DNA of 64,000 nt. It comes from Mytilus edulis (lineage: Eukaryota). Shown here piece by piece: positions 61,042-64,000 of this stretch. The position numbers and the translations under genes are program-made. The notes beneath the pieces were generated by a model. The model had not been told where the DNA came from. It searched no databases and saw only the letters and a list, made by a program, of their open reading frames with translations. The stretch spans positions 91,760,001 through 91,824,000 of the forward strand of contig NC_092347.1 in NCBI RefSeq assembly GCF_963676685.1, given 5' to 3'. Each line of letters begins with the position of its first letter. Within the stretch, counting starts at the first letter, position 1.

Positions 61042-61267
61042 TGGAAAATATAAAATCTGAGATGCGTTTGAATCGAAACTTAAACAATACCAAGACAAAA
61101 TGTTTATACAGTTATACAAATGGTTTATTTGCCACTGGACGTAAAGCAACAAAAATCAGTCAATTACATGGTTTAAGATTGGCTGCTTGGAGTGGGTTCA
61201 CCAAAAAATGCACAGGACAGAAACATGCTCCAAAACTGCTTACTGGATTTGTAGGAACTGTCATTGA
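61042..61267 (+). pseudogene. Degenerate PHD-finger coding segment downstream of the transposase
   Basis: After an acceptor-like TTGTTTTTAG, switching frames gives TKCLYS..TWFKIGCLEWVHQK(C)TG..YWICRNCH*. Confidence 0.5.
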
Positions 61268-61661
61268 AAATACAAAGTTTAAAAAAATGTATACAACATA
61301 GTAGATGTTACATTAAAGGTTTTATTTATACATACATATATATAATAGTCCAATCGTACATTGAAGTCTTTCCTGTAACAACAACACACAGTATAAACTG
61401 TAATCTGTAATACATTGTATATATTCTGCCAATGTATATAGACACACCTCTTCTGAGTAATGGAGTTCACAACATAAATAAAAATATCTTCCACCAATAT
61501 CACTGTACACTGTTTACATTGGACATTCTTGACGATAAAAGTGTGCTTAATGTCAATATGTAAGCTGCAGTATTACATTAATTACTTTAAAATCTGAAAT
61601 ATTTATATATATATATAATATATCACTGTTTGAGAGTAGACAACCAATCGTTGACCCAAAT

Positions 61662-61806
61662 ATTGAGGGAGGGTAGGAGGGGTCCTGATCCCGGAATCCC
61701 AACTTTAAATAAATTTAAAACCGATATCCTGAAATGGTCAATCCCGAAATCCCGAGCTTAAAAACACCCGATCCCAGAGTCCCGAATAAGACCCTCCCCC
61801 CTCAAT
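61662..61806. mobile_element. Small MITE inside the pogo element
   Basis: Termini ATTGAGGGAGGG and CCCTCCCCCCTCAAT, internal ATCCCG repeats. Confidence 0.6.
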
Positions 61807-62675
61807 CTTATTGTTTATTCCGTAATTAATCAGTTCCATACCATGCCTGCATTCCGGCAATTAGTCCTCGATGTAACAATATTTTTATTTTAATAATTGT
61901 TACATTTCAATGTAACCGTAGCCATGCAGTGCCTACCAACAACAGGAATTATTCAGTAAAAAATTACGAAATGCATCAACAATACCAATGATATTTCACG
62001 TCAGATGTCAAAGAGCAGCAGCTTAGTATATTCAATATAATATTTTAGTTGCCTGGATAACTGATATACACTATTGACACATTGTTCCAAAACTATATAA
62101 GCATAATAAGATCGTTAAAATTCCTAACATTCTATAAACCAACGGGCTGACATAGCCATGTCATTATCGTCCGAACTTACCCGAAACAATGTCCGAACAT
62201 ACCCGAAACTGTCCGAAGTTCCCCACAGGTGGTTTTACCCGTGGATATGCATTTTTTTAACTGTTGATAAGTGATATTATAACAAAAGAGGAATAAATCA
62301 TAACTATAATATGCCCACAAAAATGTGACAAAAAAATTTACACATTCTGACAACGGAAAACCACTTTCGGAGCCTGTTTCTATAAAGGTGTCCGAACATC
62401 CCCGGTTGTACCCTAGTCCAAATAGGTATGACGTCATAAGAGACGTATAATAGCCTTTCAAGACTTCATAATTATTTGGACTAGGATTTATATAGTTACA
62501 GGTATCAAGTGAAGACAAGATTTTTTTTAATATGTTGTAGACTTGGAGATATAAAGCTTAAGGTACATGTAGTCTATAGCTAACTGGTTGAGTTAGGGAA
62601 TATCTTCTCTCGCTTAATTGGTTCGAGCGCTGAGTTTATCAGGTTGGACTCGAAGTCTAGAAAAAGTAGGACATT

Positions 62676-63913
62676 CACCCTCTACCATACATGTCAAGTG
62701 ACATGATATTCGCGTGTAATACACGCTTTTTCAACGGTTTACACGCGAGGATTTTGTCACATGGCGTGTACACGCTTTTCACCACTTTACACGCAATTAC
62801 ACGCTTTTTCGTTCTTTTCATTTTTTGGTCGTTAGTGATATCGCTATTCTCGGGTTTTTTCCTTATTCGGTGATAAATACCCAAAAATTCGAAGCAATTG
62901 TTTGGCTGCCGTATTGTTTATTTTTCTATATGGACAAACAGTAAAAGGTAAGTAGTTTGTGATTAGTTTTAACGATTTTGTGACTTTCTTTCAAATTCAC
63001 TTTATAGGGGAAATGTGCACAGAAAGAGGTCACTTTTCAGGACCTGTACCGTCGCCTAAAGTGCCAATTGTTAAGCCAAAACGATGTGTGCGGCAAGATT
63101 CAAGATTTATAAATTATATTTTGGAGTTCGAGTTTAAATGATCGAGTGACAAGTAACGCATAATTTGTGCATTCTATGTTGCAATGATAAAAAAAAAAAA
63201 ACAATACATGTGAGAGGAGAAATACAATGTAGCTATTTGAATAAACATTTAACATGTTTATCTAATAGAAATCAAATTTATAAAACATTTTTCTTTTTCA
63301 ATTTCAGTTTCAAATCTAGCCAACACGGCAACAGATTTCTACAGGCCATGGGGATAAAAATACCACAGAACTGTTGCATCAGCTCTGATAGTACCAGCTT
63401 TCTTCTGATGAACTACCAAGTTTTAACCAGGCAATAGCAATGGGAGCAATGGCAGAGATAATCTATAGATGACATTTTACATTGCCAAAAAAAAAAAAAA
63501 CATTATGACATTCTTTCAAATCTTGATGAAGCTAATTCAGTCAAATATCAATTCCTACTGTGGGAGAGCCTTTTCAATTATAAAGAAATTAACACTGAAT
63601 TCTGATCCGAACTTGACTATGTTACATTTGTATTGTGTGCTGTTATCAAATAAATGTAACTAAAATTGAAACTGGCAGTTGTTTTGAATATGTGCCTAGT
63701 GGTGGTGCTTTAAAAGCAACATAGCAGACCACTGTTTAATACAATAAAAGTTCAAAGTAGAATATAATTTGTTTTTTTATATTCACAAATTTGTATGAAA
63801 TTATGAACATTACAACATTCATATTAACAAGTCCGCATCTATGTCACGCGTTTTCACACGCTTTTTGACATATCATGTCATGTCATGACATGATTTCCCA
63901 TTGTCAGAGGTTG
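62676..63913. mobile_element. Probable decayed non-autonomous TIR element
   Basis: Imperfect termini CACCCTCT and AGAGGTTG, flanks ACATT/ACATG, ACACGC and CATGTCA motifs clustered at both ends. Confidence 0.4.
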
Positions 63914-64000
63914 ACATGTATGCCCTCTACATGTAGTAAAATTAACAATGATTTAAGATAGCAAAAATAACTTAATATTGGTGTATTTATTAAATCTCAT

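Larger units (their letters stand above)
56352..62413 (+). mobile_element. Full-length pogo-superfamily DNA transposon, about 6.06 kb
   Basis: Perfect 25-bp TIRs GGGTACAACCGGGGATGTTCGGACA (56352-56376 and 62389-62413), TA on both flanks, repeated subterminal TTCGGACA motifs and an internal transposase. Confidence 0.95.

Noticed and set aside
62840-62953. First exon of another gene (donor GTAAGT at 62948)
   Set aside because: The nearby ATG hits a stop after four codons and the segment lies within a probable transposon relic.
653-63663. The many 60-100 aa ORFs in the supplied track
   Set aside because: F/I/L/K/Y-rich chance ORFs typical of AT-rich non-coding DNA or repeats, with no domain signatures.

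Overview
AT-rich, intron-rich animal genomic DNA. The repeat families and gene content point to a bivalve, most likely a Mytilus-type mussel (inference). Four host genes can be assembled from the sequence: two tandem secreted C-type lectin paralogues (+, 105-6837 and 9629-15409), an FFAR4-like class A GPCR with a single coding exon (+, 28709-29815), and a 8-9-exon NMNAT gene (-, 55777 down to 44220 or 34083) with two possible C-termini. The rest is transposon-derived: a decayed CR1-type LINE, Penelope-like retroelement (PLE) 3' ends, Helentron-type elements carrying satellites, several TIR elements and a 6-kb DD35D pogo transposon with an intact transposase and a possible cargo ORF. The most striking signal is an RNA one. 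The 3' region of the PLE (48568-48658, with an inverted copy at 51376-51466) and at least two other diverged repeat families (20883-20965, 17921-18019) contain a P5-type twister ribozyme core with compensatory base changes. In each family the P1 helix is replaced by two short palindromes that differ in sequence, which suggests dimer-dependent self-cleavage. Decayed minimal hammerhead (retrozyme-like) repeats are also present. All structures were read by eye; nothing was computed or database-searched.
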